The position numbers were made by a program, and so were the translations under genes. This document shows positions 51,384 to 63,681 of a stretch of 64,000 bases of DNA, piece by piece. The DNA is from Eledone cirrhosa (Eukaryota). The stretch covers positions 289,168,001 through 289,232,000 of the forward strand of contig OZ024743.1 in the NCBI GenBank assembly GCA_964016885.1, in the 5' to 3' direction. The notes under the pieces are model-generated. The model made no database searches. It had not been told where the DNA came from and saw only the letters and a list, made by a program, of their open reading frames with translations. Position 1 is the first letter of the stretch. Every line of letters begins with the position of its first letter.

Positions 51384-51690
51384 ATCTGTATCTTCCGACG
51401 GCGAATGATCCAGATATTGGATCAACGGAACAGCCGGCACGTGAAATTAACGGAGAAGTAGCATTACATAGACACATGAACCTCTAACATAATTCTCATT
51501 GAGATTCAATATGACATATATATAACAAGGCAGAATCTTTGAATAACGGGTACAACTCTACTTTTCCAGCTGAACGGAGCTGTGTAACATGCAATAAGGC
51601 TTCTTACTCAAAGAGACAGCGCACCGCAGGGATGCGAGCTCACAACCTTACGATCGTAAGTCAAACAGTTTAGTCAACATGCAGCAGATC
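51384..51690 (-). mobile_element. SINE family B, near full length, diverged
   Basis: GATCAACGGAACAGCC..CGTGAAATTAACG...GGTACAACTC...GAGCTCACAACCTTACGATCGT; tRNA-like head at the right end; homologous copies at 49630, 52415 and 42521. Confidence 0.65.
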
Positions 51691-52028
51691 CACATACTTA
51701 CTAACTTACTGGGTTTTAAACAGCTCGCAAGATTTCAAGCTATTTCACATATATTAGATTTTGTTTATATATTTTGGTTATTTTATTCGTTTGTTTGTTT
51801 ATCTGTTTCGTTATTTTTGTATTTTTCTTTCATCCTTGTTAATACACAAACACGAAAACACGAACACAAACATACACACATATCTCTGTTTAAAATTAAG
51901 ATGGTTATATTTCACCAACGTATTGAATACTTTTTTTAACTGTGGTCACCTTTCTGACGCCCTTCGGGAATCGATCAATTATATATATATATATATATAC
52001 AATATATTAATAAATGAAAACTATATTT

Positions 52029-52121
52029 ATAAAACCATATTTATTTTATTATATATATTTCAAGGGCGACCAAGGTAAATTACGGTGTGCTTTCATCAGA
52101 TAAAATACAGATTTGTTTTAT
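52029..52121 (-). ncRNA. Type I hammerhead ribozyme motif, left arm
   Basis: Minus strand UAUUUUAU-CUGAUGA-AAG..ACC..GGU..CUU-GAA-AUAUAUAU-A-AUAAAAUA. Confidence 0.72.
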
Positions 52122-52194
52122 AAATAAATATTGACATACCCGGAAATAAGACAACCTCAACCGTTGAAATTCGCTGGATTGTCAATATTTATTT

Positions 52195-52287
52195 ATAAAA
52201 CAAATCTGTATTTTATCTGATGAAAGCGCACCATAATTTACCTTCGTCGCCCTTGAAATATATATAATAAAATAAATGTGGTTTTAT
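52195..52287 (+). ncRNA. Type I hammerhead ribozyme motif, right arm
   Basis: Stem I TATTTTAT 52209-52216 / ATAAAATA 52267-52274 (distal extension ATAAAAC 52195 / GTTTTAT 52281), core CTGATGA 52217-52223, GAAA 52255-52258, palindromic helix III ATATATAT, predicted AUA cleavage after 52266; stem II imperfect. Confidence 0.7.
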
Positions 52288-52414
52288 ATTGTGTATTTAC
52301 TCCACTAAACTGTTGAGTGCTTTATATCAGTTATAAAAATGTTTAAGCTTGTTGAATCCCAACAAATTAAATATAACCTCTGCATATATATAGACAGTAA
52401 ATCGACTTTCGTCA

Positions 52415-52590
52415 AATCAGACCGAGGAGACAATGTTTCCATTGATCTTTCCAATTGCTAATACTATCTATCGGTTGCAACTCTAGATAGAAGAAGCAAT
52501 GCGAAATAAAGTGTCTTGCTCAAGGACATAACGCATCGCCAGGTCCTTGAATAGAACTTACAACCTCACGATTGTGAATCCAGGCGCCTT
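52415..52590 (-). mobile_element. SINE family B copy, internally deleted
   Basis: GAAGCAATGCGAAATAAAGTGTCTTGCTCAAGGACATAACGC...ACAACCTCACGATTGTG...GCGCCTT. Confidence 0.65.
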
Positions 52591-53427
52591 CAAAAAAAAA
52601 TATATATATACATATATATATATATGAGAGAGAGATAGAGGTGGGAGAGAGAGAAAGAGAGAAAAGGCGGGGTGGTTAGATGGAGAGATAAATAAATATC
52701 TTGTTTTCTATATTCTTAATAATACGAGCCCCAGAACCAACACCATCAAGCCCGTTCTAACGTTGAACACGTTTGAAACAGAATGCCAGTGTCTTCTCCA
52801 TAAATATTTAACTAATAAATTCACTGCTTAATAAAACACACACACATACACACGCACACACACACATTCACACACACACACACGCGCGCATATTCAGACA
52901 TACACACATACATACACATGCACAACTCACGTACACTCGTTGAAAAATTAGAACGGGTATGTGGCATGGGATGAAAGAATTAAGTAGAAGTAAAAACCAA
53001 CAATACATACACATGAAATATAAGAAGGAATAAATATGAAATAAATATAAATAATATAGTTGCTGTAATAAAATATCGTATCATATGTGAAATCCTCTTC
53101 CCGATTATATGATATTACTCATGGGTGGTATACTGATAATAAATATATAAATTATAACAATAATGATATCGGATCTATATGCAACAGCAATAAGGCCACA
53201 TTTAGTTTTTTTTCTTTCTGGCATGGAAAGGGGTGCATGAGTATATAGTGTATACAGTCAAATCTAATACTTGACAGATATTTATTTTTTAATCCACCCT
53301 CAAATAATAAAAGGAAAGATCTACCCCAACGGGGCTTAAACCGAAAATATATTGTGACGTCAATAAAGCATCCTTCGATGTGTTTTAAACGGCACTCTTG
53401 TGATTCTGCAGTTCTAATTTCTAGATA

Positions 53428-53614
53428 ATAATTGTTTCTACTTTTTGGCACAAGGCCAGCAATTAAGTCAGTGTATTACTGGTACTTTATTTTATCGAGC
53501 CCGTAAGGATGAAAGGCAAAGTTAACCTCGGCGGGATTTGAACTCAGTCCGTAAAGGGAAGTAACTGTGCTGCAAAGCATGGCGTCCGACCCTTTACCGA
53601 TACTGCCAATCCAC
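53428..53614 (-). mobile_element. SINE family A, near full length
   Basis: Reverse complement closely matches 1546-1737. Confidence 0.9.
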
Positions 53615-54532
53615 AATAATAGTTTCTAATATATGCACAAAGATCGAATTTTTTTCTGTGTTGTGGATGGGTGACGAGTTGATTATATCTTGTATAAGAT
53701 TGATACTTGAAAGTATATGAAAGGCAACATCAAACTTGTTAGAATTTGAAACAGAAGGTAAAGAACGGGAATACATGCTACATATAATTTTGTATGGCGC
53801 TATCAAGATGCTATCATACCACCGTCTTCCAATATCGAATACAAATAACAATCTGTCATGGAGCTTTTAAGTGCTTATTCAATCTACTGAAAATAGCTGC
53901 CAAATATCCTCAAATCACAGCCTATTGTTTAAAAAGGTAGTATACATTAGAATGAAAGGGAATGAAACTGCGTCGGGTTCGCTGATGCAAGTTCCAGTAA
54001 TTCGATAATGAAAAAGCTAGCTGATGCAACTAACAATTGGCTGAGCAATTCAGAGACACGTGTTTCCTTGAGGGAATTCGTATAGATACCGACTGTGGCA
54101 CACTGTGCGACAAAGCTGAATTTTAAACTGAACTTGCAGTCCATCCGTCAACATAATTTTACTCACAAATCGTGGGTCGACGGAAGACTTGTAAAAGATA
54201 TGATTCCAAGATGTCATGCAGTGGATTGAAAAACAGGATTGCGAAACGAAAATCAACGATTCAGCTATGCTCCTTTCACTATTAATATTAATCATCCTTA
54301 GATTTCTTAAAAATATAGCCTATAAAAAATCGTCATTAATATTAGACAGTTTTATATGTAAACATAAAACCCCACACATATACAAACCGCAAAATTACAC
54401 GCATACATCCCAAACAAATCCACATAGAAGACATGAATAAGGTGCGAAGTATCAAGTACTGAAATAGGATTCGTAAATTGAATTGAAATGTGTAATTAAT
54501 ACACACTCTCATACACACACGCACACAAATAC

Positions 54533-54633
<101 letters not shown>

Positions 54634-54851
54634 ACCACACACACTCACGTGTATATAGAGAGAAATAGATAGATAGATAGATAGAAAATGTGTGTGTGTT
54701 CATATATATAACGTCTGTGGTGCTGAGACCTGGAAGACCACTAATCAGGGGAATACTCAATGCATGGGAACTTGCTGACAGGGCAACCGCTTGACACAAA
54801 CCGAGACCGCTTGGCGCCACGGTGGGGATTTTACCTATCCCTATATTCATA

Positions 54852-54924
<73 letters not shown>

Positions 54925-54940
54925 CTGTGTCTGTGTACAT

Positions 54941-55325
54941 ATAATGGTTTCTTATATAGGCACAAGGCCAGCAATTTTGGGGAGGGTAAAGTCGATTAAA
55001 TTAACCCCAGTGCGTGACAAGTACATTATTTTAGGGCGGTGGATTGGCAGTATCGGTAGAGGGTCGGACGCCATGCTTTCCAGCATAGTTACGTCCCTTT
55101 ACGATCTGAGTTCAAATCCCGCCGAGGTTGACTTTGTCTTTCATCCTTACGGGGTGGATAAAATAAAGTACCAGTAATGCACTGGGTTTTTGCTGGCCTT
55201 GTGCCTAAAGTAGAAACAATTATTTTATCGACCCCGTAAGGATGAATAGCAAAGTTAACCTCGGTGGGATTTGAACTCAGATCATAAAGGGGCGTCACTC
55301 TAACAATATTGTCAATTACCGCCCT
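54941..55325 (-). mobile_element. SINE family A host copy (split by a nested copy), 20-bp TSD
   Basis: Tail half 54941-55024, head half 55225-55325; direct repeat TGTCTGTGTACATATAATGG at 54928-54947 and 55326-55345. Confidence 0.88.
55033..55224 (+). mobile_element. SINE family A nested copy, 9-bp TSD
   Basis: Full head-to-tail copy; ATTATTTTA at 55025-55033 and 55219-55227. Confidence 0.9.
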
Positions 55326-55643
55326 TGTCTGTGTACATATAATGGCACGTGTGTACGTTCGTGCTTCTAAATAAACAGAAAACATAAATAAAACATAAAG
55401 AAAACCAATCCCCAAAATACATATATGAGTGTTAAATTACATACAAACTCTCTGTTTCTTTTCTTTAATATACAAAAGGCAGTGAGTATTCATCACCATA
55501 TTACCACATATTTTGATTCATTTAATAATTTTGAAATATTTTTTGAACATAAGATCCATTTTCATAGGCTTTTCTCCATGTATTGCCCCGTAGGTGGTAA
55601 TAGGTTCTTATGTATTGATTTCATACACAGGCACACTTCTTCG

Positions 55644-55709
<66 letters not shown>

Positions 55710-56073
55710 GGTAAACAGAAATAACAACACAAAAGGTACAGTATAGGTGTATATATATATATATATATATACATATACATATGTATAAGTTTATATACAT
55801 ATATACACACACACAAACACACACACACACATACACACACACACATACACACACACACTACACACACATATATATATATATATAAATATATATATGCATA
55901 CATATCAAGTTTAATATTGAAACAGTTCTAGTCTTGGAGGAACCATTTCTATTTTGAACTTGATGTTTACATTCTGCTAACGTATTGAGTACCTTATTTA
56001 CTGTGGTTACCCCCGATTGAACGCGGGACTCACACACACACACACATATATATATATATGATATATATAGGAT

Positions 56074-57976
56074 ATGAATGCGCATGCGCAGAAACGGTCA
56101 CTTCGCCCGAGCGTTAAAAAACCTCGGGCGAATGGTGTAAGGGAGATAACTGCGAAAGTCTGGCATAAGATGTTCGAGTTGATTAGAAAATTAGAATGTT
56201 GTTGTTATTCAATCCGGAGCTTTGTAGTTTCCAGACATGTGGACAACGTGACAAGATTTCAAATCTTGAATTTAGGCAATTGCTATTGCGTAATCTCCTT
56301 AGAATATTTATCCTTTCTTCTATACACAGTCCACAAGACGGATTGCCCCTTGCGTATGGCTTGGACTTCGTGATGGCTTTCCATTGTCCTTGAGGGACCA
56401 TACGTGGCCCGCGAGTTTCGTGGATGCTCGTTTGTCCGGGTAGCTAAAGGTCGACTGATGCTTCAGGAAGCGTTCCTTAAATCGGCCCTCCGCCATATCC
56501 ACATAGGATTTGATCTCCTGTGGTTGTTTTGGTCGGTTGGAAGTGACCACAGCTTCATAAACTAGAGCGGGTGTGTTGCATTGTTGTTGAAGGGGACAAG
56601 CTTCAGGCTTTCGGCAAGAGCATCCTAGTGGGGTGCCGCTCTTAGGACTGTTGGTGATGTGGGCCTTCATATTCTTAGCGCAGGAGTAGTTTTACTCTGT
56701 GTTTGTTAAAGATGGAGCGGTATTAGTGACATATGGGAAAGTGTCTATCTAAGAGGGCTAAACATTTTTTCCGATATTAGTTTTAACGTTGAGTGAGAAG
56801 GGAGGAGAGAACCATATAGTTTGTCTAGTGTTACGATTTTCTTATTGCTGTTGTTGTTAGTGGGGAAGTAAGTATTTGGTTGCAAGAAGCCGCTGTTAGC
56901 TAATGCTGTTTTATAGTAGGGTGCCGCTCTGTCAAAGATAGCCTTATTAGAGGAGAGGTTAGAGATTCTAGTACTGATATTATTTACGAAGTTTCTAAAA
57001 ACAGTAGGAGGGTAGCTTGAGTCCTTGTGTATGTAATTAAGTTTTTCGGTTAGCTTATCGAAGGGTCTGTAGGTGTGTGTGCGAAGGTCTAAATTAATAT
57101 CTAAGAAATCTACGCTATAGAGGTTGGTAGCTACTGTTATCCTAAGTCCTAACTCATTAAAGGTAGAATTTAAATCTGTTTTAAACTGGTCCAGTTCGTG
57201 ACCACTTTTATGGCTCAATAAGGTCAGGCCATCAGCGCGGTATATTCCCGTGTGGAACTCCGGGAATGTAACACGTAATATGTATAAAATAAATAGGCCA
57301 ACCAAGTCGCATATGTCAGCACTATCAAACGATTCCATGGAGACGTCGAATAGGTCTGGATTGGTTGACTTCTTTGCCCAGGCTGCTCCGTTGCTGAAGA
57401 GGAAGGTTTTCCGGCAGTGTGCGATAACCTCCCTGTCTTAAACATGGACGGTAGTGTAAGTGGTAGCAAAGTCCAACGCTTTGTTTAACAGGGTCTCTAA
57501 GATCAGCGGGTAAAAATCTACAATGTTGAATTGCGTGAACTTCGCTTTTGTGGAGTTGAATGATTTAAAGCACTTAATGATGGAGTCGCTGTTCTTCCAC
57601 TGGGACAGGTCTTAACTATGGTCTTGACAGGTCTTAACTATGTGTCTAAGTATAGCCTTACTGACTAGTTCCATTACCGTGCGTGCCGAGTTTAGTAATC
57701 TACACGTGGGATTAGAAGCGAAGTCTACCTTGTGATTCTTCAGGCTGAGAAATGCCTCACGCTTAGCTAAGCATTGCAGTTTCTCATCTCCCTTAAGGGC
57801 GGCAGCAAGATCTTTGGCTTCTGTATTGATGTCGTGCTAGGCCGTAGAGTAGCCGTCTTATATTTAGAGGTTATAGCGTTATGTGCCAAGTGGCTGTAAG
57901 TAGTGTTGTCGACTTCGTAAATATTATTGGTTTTGTCAGAAAGAACGAAAGTGTTATTGGAAGACCTAAATTTCTT
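56074..57976 (-). mobile_element. Decayed, 5'-truncated Penelope-like element (RT + C-terminal GIY-YIG endonuclease)
   Basis: Frameshifted fragments: VLSDKTNNIYEV, FNIVDFYP, FDVSMESFDSADICDLVG, GIYRADGL (YRDD degenerate), VDFLDI, NYIHKDSSYP, linker CSCRKPEACPL, VYEA..SYVD (GIY-YIG), FKERF..H, CGLCIEE, LNSR.E..RCPH. The DKT, CxCx5C, CxLC and CxH signature recalls the Hydra PLE clade (from memory; needs checking). Confidence 0.85.
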
Positions 57977-57987
57977 ACACACACACA

Positions 57988-58161
57988 CAGAAAAATTCTG
58001 TTATAACGAAATTCACGTGGTATCAAAAATATTCGTTGTAACGAAAGTTCTTTATAACGAGATCGCGCTAACACATTGAAAGTGTGGCCGGGATTGAAAA
58101 AATATTCGTTATACTAAAAAATTCGTTACAAGGGTTTTTCCTTATTACGGAATTTTACCTG
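57988..58161. mobile_element. Tc1/mariner-pogo-type MITE
   Basis: Imperfect TIRs CAGAAAAATTCTGTTATAACGAA / TTCCTTATTACGGAATTTTACCTG followed by TA; internal (C)GTTATAACGAA-like subrepeats. Confidence 0.6.
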
Positions 58162-58679
58162 TACATATATGATTATATATGTGTGTGAGTGTGTGTGTGT
58201 GTGCGTGCGTGCGTGTGTATCTGCACACACACACACATGAATATAGGTGTTGTTGTTTTCAGACATGGATACACGTAAAGATGTAGAGATCATATCTTCA
58301 CAAATCACACCAACTTAAACAGTTGTCGGAGATCTTTGTCCCAAATATGAATTTAACATGATTAAGCACTGAATATATATTAGTAAATATGTATTAATGG
58401 TGATTGCTTCTACATGGTGTCTGCCTTGTTATACTAATATTCCTCCGTAACTCATGGGGCTAGATATTTTCTGTTGCAAACACAAAAATCTCTGAAATGC
58501 CTAAAAGGTAATCACTATGTTTTTGTTTTCTGTGTATGGAAAGGGAGTTGAAATGGAACTTTGCTCCCTTAGTCAACACATACACGCACACACTCATTCA
58601 CTCACACACACGCACGCACATACACACTCACTAACACACACACACAGACACACACACACAGAGACACACACACACAGAG

Positions 58680-58727
<48 letters not shown>

Positions 58728-60545
58728 CAAAGATAAAAACACACAGAGTAATGCGAAAGCACAGTCTTATGAATTTCTCCCTTGGGTATGAAGAATGAAG
58801 ATAAAGAAAAAAAAACAGAAATCAATAAATGTTTCAAATTATCAGACATAATTACTACCTTCGCTATCGACTAGCACTCAGCTGGACAGCATCTGACTGC
58901 GGATCGATGCTTACTAGAGACTTGGCCTCCCGATCTGAGAGCCACATAAATGTCACGGTAGATTATTTCGACCTTCAGCTACTACAGTGTCGCTATAAAG
59001 ATGGCCAACTCCTAAATTTTGTCGGGTCTCAACGAAATCATTAAACATGGCCTGGGTACCCCAACTTTCTTTTCTTAGCTTGAGGCAGCACATCTTGACA
59101 AGGAAGGGCAAAAGGCCAGACAGCTTCTTGGACGCAGCATGCAGGGACACATTGGACAGCGGATAGCTGGTAAATTCTGTTTCATACGCAGGCTTTATTG
59201 CCTGAGAAGCCACAAATCGCAAGCTGTCAATGTATCGGTCACTCTTCGATAGGTTTGTCATCGAACTTGTCATAATGCAGATTTCCCGATTTTCTGGTCC
59301 TCAGATGATCTCCCTACTCAGTACTATCCGGCTGGAGTTGGTAACTTGCAGGAGTGGAATGGTTATTTCAATACATTCCACTCGTCATCCTTCGGGCCAA
59401 TGCTTGTTCCATTCTGTCCGCCGGGACCATGAAGGGACTAGCGCCTGTTGTCCTGCGCGCTAGAGAGCGCTCTCCCAACTTCCGAGGCCGCATCATTGAG
59501 GTATTGATGCTTGAGCACACTTTGAATATTTAAGGCATCTATTAAAACACATTCACCAAAAATAAAATAAGCAAAAACAACCAGAAGTCATTTCAGTTTG
59601 AAAGACGGCCGAGCGAGATTTTCAGGAACTTGTTCGCTATTTCTAAAGTATTGACCAACATTTGATTAATTTAAAGTTAGAGTAATGTGTTCGATGCTTT
59701 TTTTTACCCTGCTTTTGATCTGCTACTTTGATAATGAGTTAACAGTTATGTTGGTTTCTTAGGTGTGGCTGTGTAATCTGACGATGCGTGTTGGATAGGT
59801 TATGATATTTGCATTTGAAGTCGAAACGCAGAAACCCAGGAGAAGTACCACAATTTATCTCGTTCAACGCTCTAGGTATTTCATCAATTCATCATCTTGG
59901 ACTGCAAATATATTTGTGGCCTAGGAAACGATGAAAAGCAAAAATGACTTCGATAAGATTTGAAATTGGAGATAGCAAAATCAATCAGTACAAAACATTT
60001 AATATGACACTCTATAGACCCTGCTACTTCACCACATATAAATATGGAGTAATTTGTATTCGAGTTTAAATTTTGAATTCTTTTCAAAAATAAAGTTTGA
60101 TAGGATAGATGAGAGAGAATTTTTAGCGTTTACGATAACACATTGTGAATGGTGACAGATAATGTGGTATTGGTAGTCATGATTGTGATGATCATGGTAA
60201 TTGTGGCGGCAGCGCCGGTGCTGGTATTAATGGTAGCCTGAGCTTATGCATACCGTGGAGAGAACGTGCATAGGCTTTCGTTAGCACATGTGTTTATCGT
60301 GTATTTTTGGAGAAGGTGATGGTAGTGTAATAGAATCATATCTCCTGGGAATAAAAAGATATCACGAGGTGTTTAACATATGTTAAATATGCGTTTATTA
60401 GAATACCGTTTATTATATAAGGATATAATTCACACGTCAGATTGTGTATGCCGCGAATTTCATATACCTCTTTGCACATATATCACTGAGAGAAACAGCA
60501 TGTTATGATTGGTAAAAATACCTAAAGTTGTGTGCGCGCTTATGT

Positions 60546-60591
<46 letters not shown>

Positions 60592-61333
60592 TCATGCGCA
60601 TATATGTATTTACACACATATATATATACTTTATATATATAATATGCGTGTGTATGTGTGTGTATAATATGTTTGTGTTCTATCTTCTACAATAAAAAGC
60701 ATTACTTCATACTCACCTACAGTGAAATAAATACATTTAGTGTATGTAATTATAGTGTCAGTTTACGGCGTCCTATATGCATATATAATAAAAGTTTTTT
60801 ATTGTATCACAATAACATTTACAAACATATATATATATATTTGTGTGTGTCTACATTATATATATATATATATATTGTGATCACGAAAACAATAAAAAAT
60901 ACATCTCTTCGATGAATTATATCTTTTATATCTTATATATGATTATTGTTTCATGTTACAGCATCTCACTTCTCAGAGATTCATGTCAGATTAGCGTGAT
61001 TGCATGGATTTCTCTCTAGGTCTGTGTTTATATGTGTTCTTTATCGCTGCGTTGACTTTTGTAAGGGGTGTTGGTCAACGCACCTCGGTGTATTCCTGGT
61101 TTACGTTTATTTGGAAATTTTTTACGTGACTGCTCTCCGAAATAAACTCATAGCGTTTCTTTAAAGAAGTTTGCTGTTATACTTAGAATGAAGTATTCCT
61201 CCACATTACCATATGGGTGTTTCTTTTATCTCAATGTCTCATAATGTTTCTAAAGGTGGCATTGGTGTTTATGTACCAGCCTTAGAAACTGTACGAAATT
61301 ATGTCTGTACGTATGCATTTATCCCTGAATGAA

Positions 61334-61382
<49 letters not shown>

Positions 61383-61500
61383 ATAATAATAAATTTGAAG
61401 ACTAAAATCCAAAGAGGGCTCGATAAGGATAAATATATATCAAATATATAAGAACCGTAGAGCAAAAATTTTAATAAATATATATATATATATGTAAAAG

Positions 61501-61727
61501 TTCTATTTAAATTGTTGGGATACAACAAGCAAATATTTTTATAACTGATATAAAGCACTCAACAAATATTTGGAGTAAAAATACGATATTAACAAATGGA
61601 AACTATATTTATAAAACCATGTTTATTTCATTATACATATTTCAAGGACACCAAGTTAAATTATGGTGTGCTTTCATCAGATAAAATATAATATAGATCA
61701 GTTTTATAAATAAATATTGACATACCC
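61501..61727 (-). mobile_element. Third copy of the hammerhead-bearing dispersed repeat
   Basis: 61585-61727 matches 52004-52141 directly, and 61501-61590 matches 52288-52378 in reverse complement. Confidence 0.8.
61611..61707 (-). ncRNA. Type I hammerhead ribozyme motif, third copy
   Basis: Minus strand UAUUUUAU-CUGAUGA-AAG-C-ACACCA-loop-UGGUGU-C-CUU-GAA-AUAUGUAU-A-AUGAAAUA; best-paired stem II, and the stem I change is a G-U wobble. Confidence 0.72.
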
Positions 61728-61845
61728 TTAAAGAATGCAACCATTACTGTTTGAAGCTCCCGGATAGTGGATTTGTAGCTTTAATTATATTATTAGTATT
61801 GGATATTTTTAAAAATAAGCCGTTGGGTTACGAAGAAAGAGAAAG

Positions 61846-61897
<52 letters not shown>

Positions 61898-62982
61898 TGT
61901 GTGCGTGTGTGTTTGTGTGTGTATGTGTGTGTGTATGTGTTTTTTTTGTGTGTGTGTATTAGAAAAATTAAATGCATTCCAAGCAGTCAAATTGTTCACC
62001 AAATCAAATTCTAAGCAATTAAATATTTTTGTAAATCTAACTTCATGTTAGCCTGTGATACTTAGACAATCATCAAGACGCAAGTCTATAAACAACAACC
62101 ACACAAAACCACCACTCTCACATCCTGGGCTTCATGTTGTAAATTTATACATATGTACTAATATATATTCAGTGCTTAATCATGTATCATTTTTAATACT
62201 AATTACATGTGTATTAAAACACACATTAACGCACACAGATGGGCACACACATTCACACACATTCTCAATGCATGTATATATATTTACAGAAGAAAGAAAA
62301 GTAATTTTATCACCCAAAATTCCGATATATATATATTACGTATTAATTTAACAATGAAAATAATAACAACAAAGTCGAGTTTTTTACCTATTCATATCAT
62401 TGTTTTACGATCGTTTCGGAGGGTTGATCATATTGACATATTGTCTTATCTGTAGCAGTTATATAACTGTATACTATCAGACCTCGTATATAGGTTCGAT
62501 CAGATGTTCCTTCCTGTATACACTCGTGTAAAACTCGAATTTGTTAGACCATTTTTTAGGTTAAATTCATGGATTCGACTATTACATTGATACTATTTTT
62601 GAGGGGTTTGCAATTCAAGTTAGAATCCAAAGTACCGTAACAGTAGCAAAAATTCAACTGGTCTCGAAACAGATAACACCAAAGCCGCAATAGATTACAG
62701 TAATATTACCGAGTCTATGCATTAAAACACACTTCCTAGTAAATAACAAAATTCATAAAGAAGTCCGCGCAGATTTGATAAATATATACAATTGCCCTTT
62801 TACTCGTATCAATCAAATTAAACTTATATCTCATAATTACTGTATATTATCATGAGCAATATACCTATCGGTAGGACGCTCTCTACCGATACATGCTCGG
62901 CGTGTTTCTTACCACAACTCTCCAATCACTTTATTTTCATATTCGTGCTTAAAGTCACACTTATCACAGGTGTGTTATGGTA

Positions 62983-63342
62983 CCGTATATTAGTGCTGCA
63001 TGTTTATTTATAATTAATTCAGTGCAACTTAAGGCTTTAAATACAAAAATTGATAAAGAAGTAGACACAAAACACCACTCTCTACCAGTAAAAATCTCCT
63101 CAACTATCTCCAGCGAAAACCTTGTCTTCTTCATGACTAGATTAGGAACTACCAATTTCTTTGTTGCATTTTGTAAAGGGTATTTCTCCGTACAATATGA
63201 TACTTTGGCCCACAAATGTTGACTTGTTGTCGCAGAAACACTAGGGTCGACTATTCTACAAGCTCTATGGAACATTCAAGATATTTTACCAAACATAAGG
63301 GGTCGACTTTTACATAAAATCGACTATTACTCAAGTATATAC

Positions 63343-63344
<2 letters not shown>
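62983..63344. mobile_element. Possible pogo/Tigger-type non-autonomous DNA transposon remnant
   Basis: TA-CCGTATAT ... ATATACGG-TA ends; subterminal GGGTCGACT repeats at 63244 and 63300. Confidence 0.45.
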
Positions 63345-63380
<36 letters not shown>

Positions 63381-63577
63381 GTATGTATGTATGTATGTAT
63401 GTATGTATGTATGTGTGTGTGAAATATATATATGGAACCCTACATAGTGGTAGCGGTGTTGTACGGCGTTTCTTGCACACTTTAAACCGGGAAGAAGCGA
63501 TCCCCTCTCCAGCCGATTTCTTTCCGAGTGGAAGAGAGAAATTAAGAACAAATATAGATCAAGAATCAGTAATGGAA

Positions 63578-63681
63578 TGGTAGTTCTTTTATCGACCACG
63601 AAAGGATAAAATGCAACATTGATTCTAGCGGGATTTGAACTCAGTGTACAGAGTTCTGGGATGAATATCGCAAAGCATTCT
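63578..63681 (-). mobile_element. Diverged SINE family A fragment
   Basis: TTTATCGACCACGAAAGGATAAAATGCAA..GCGGGATTTGAACTCAG..CGCAAAGCATTCT. Confidence 0.6.

Larger units (their letters stand above)
52028..52288. repeat. 109-bp inverted repeat (52028-52136 / 52180-52288), 43-bp spacer, 4 mismatches
   Basis: Arms compared base by base by eye. Confidence 0.93.

Noticed and set aside
58840-59520. GC-richer block that may be an old LINE fragment or an exon
   Set aside because: No convincing protein motif or splice-bounded open frame by eye; needs BLASTX.
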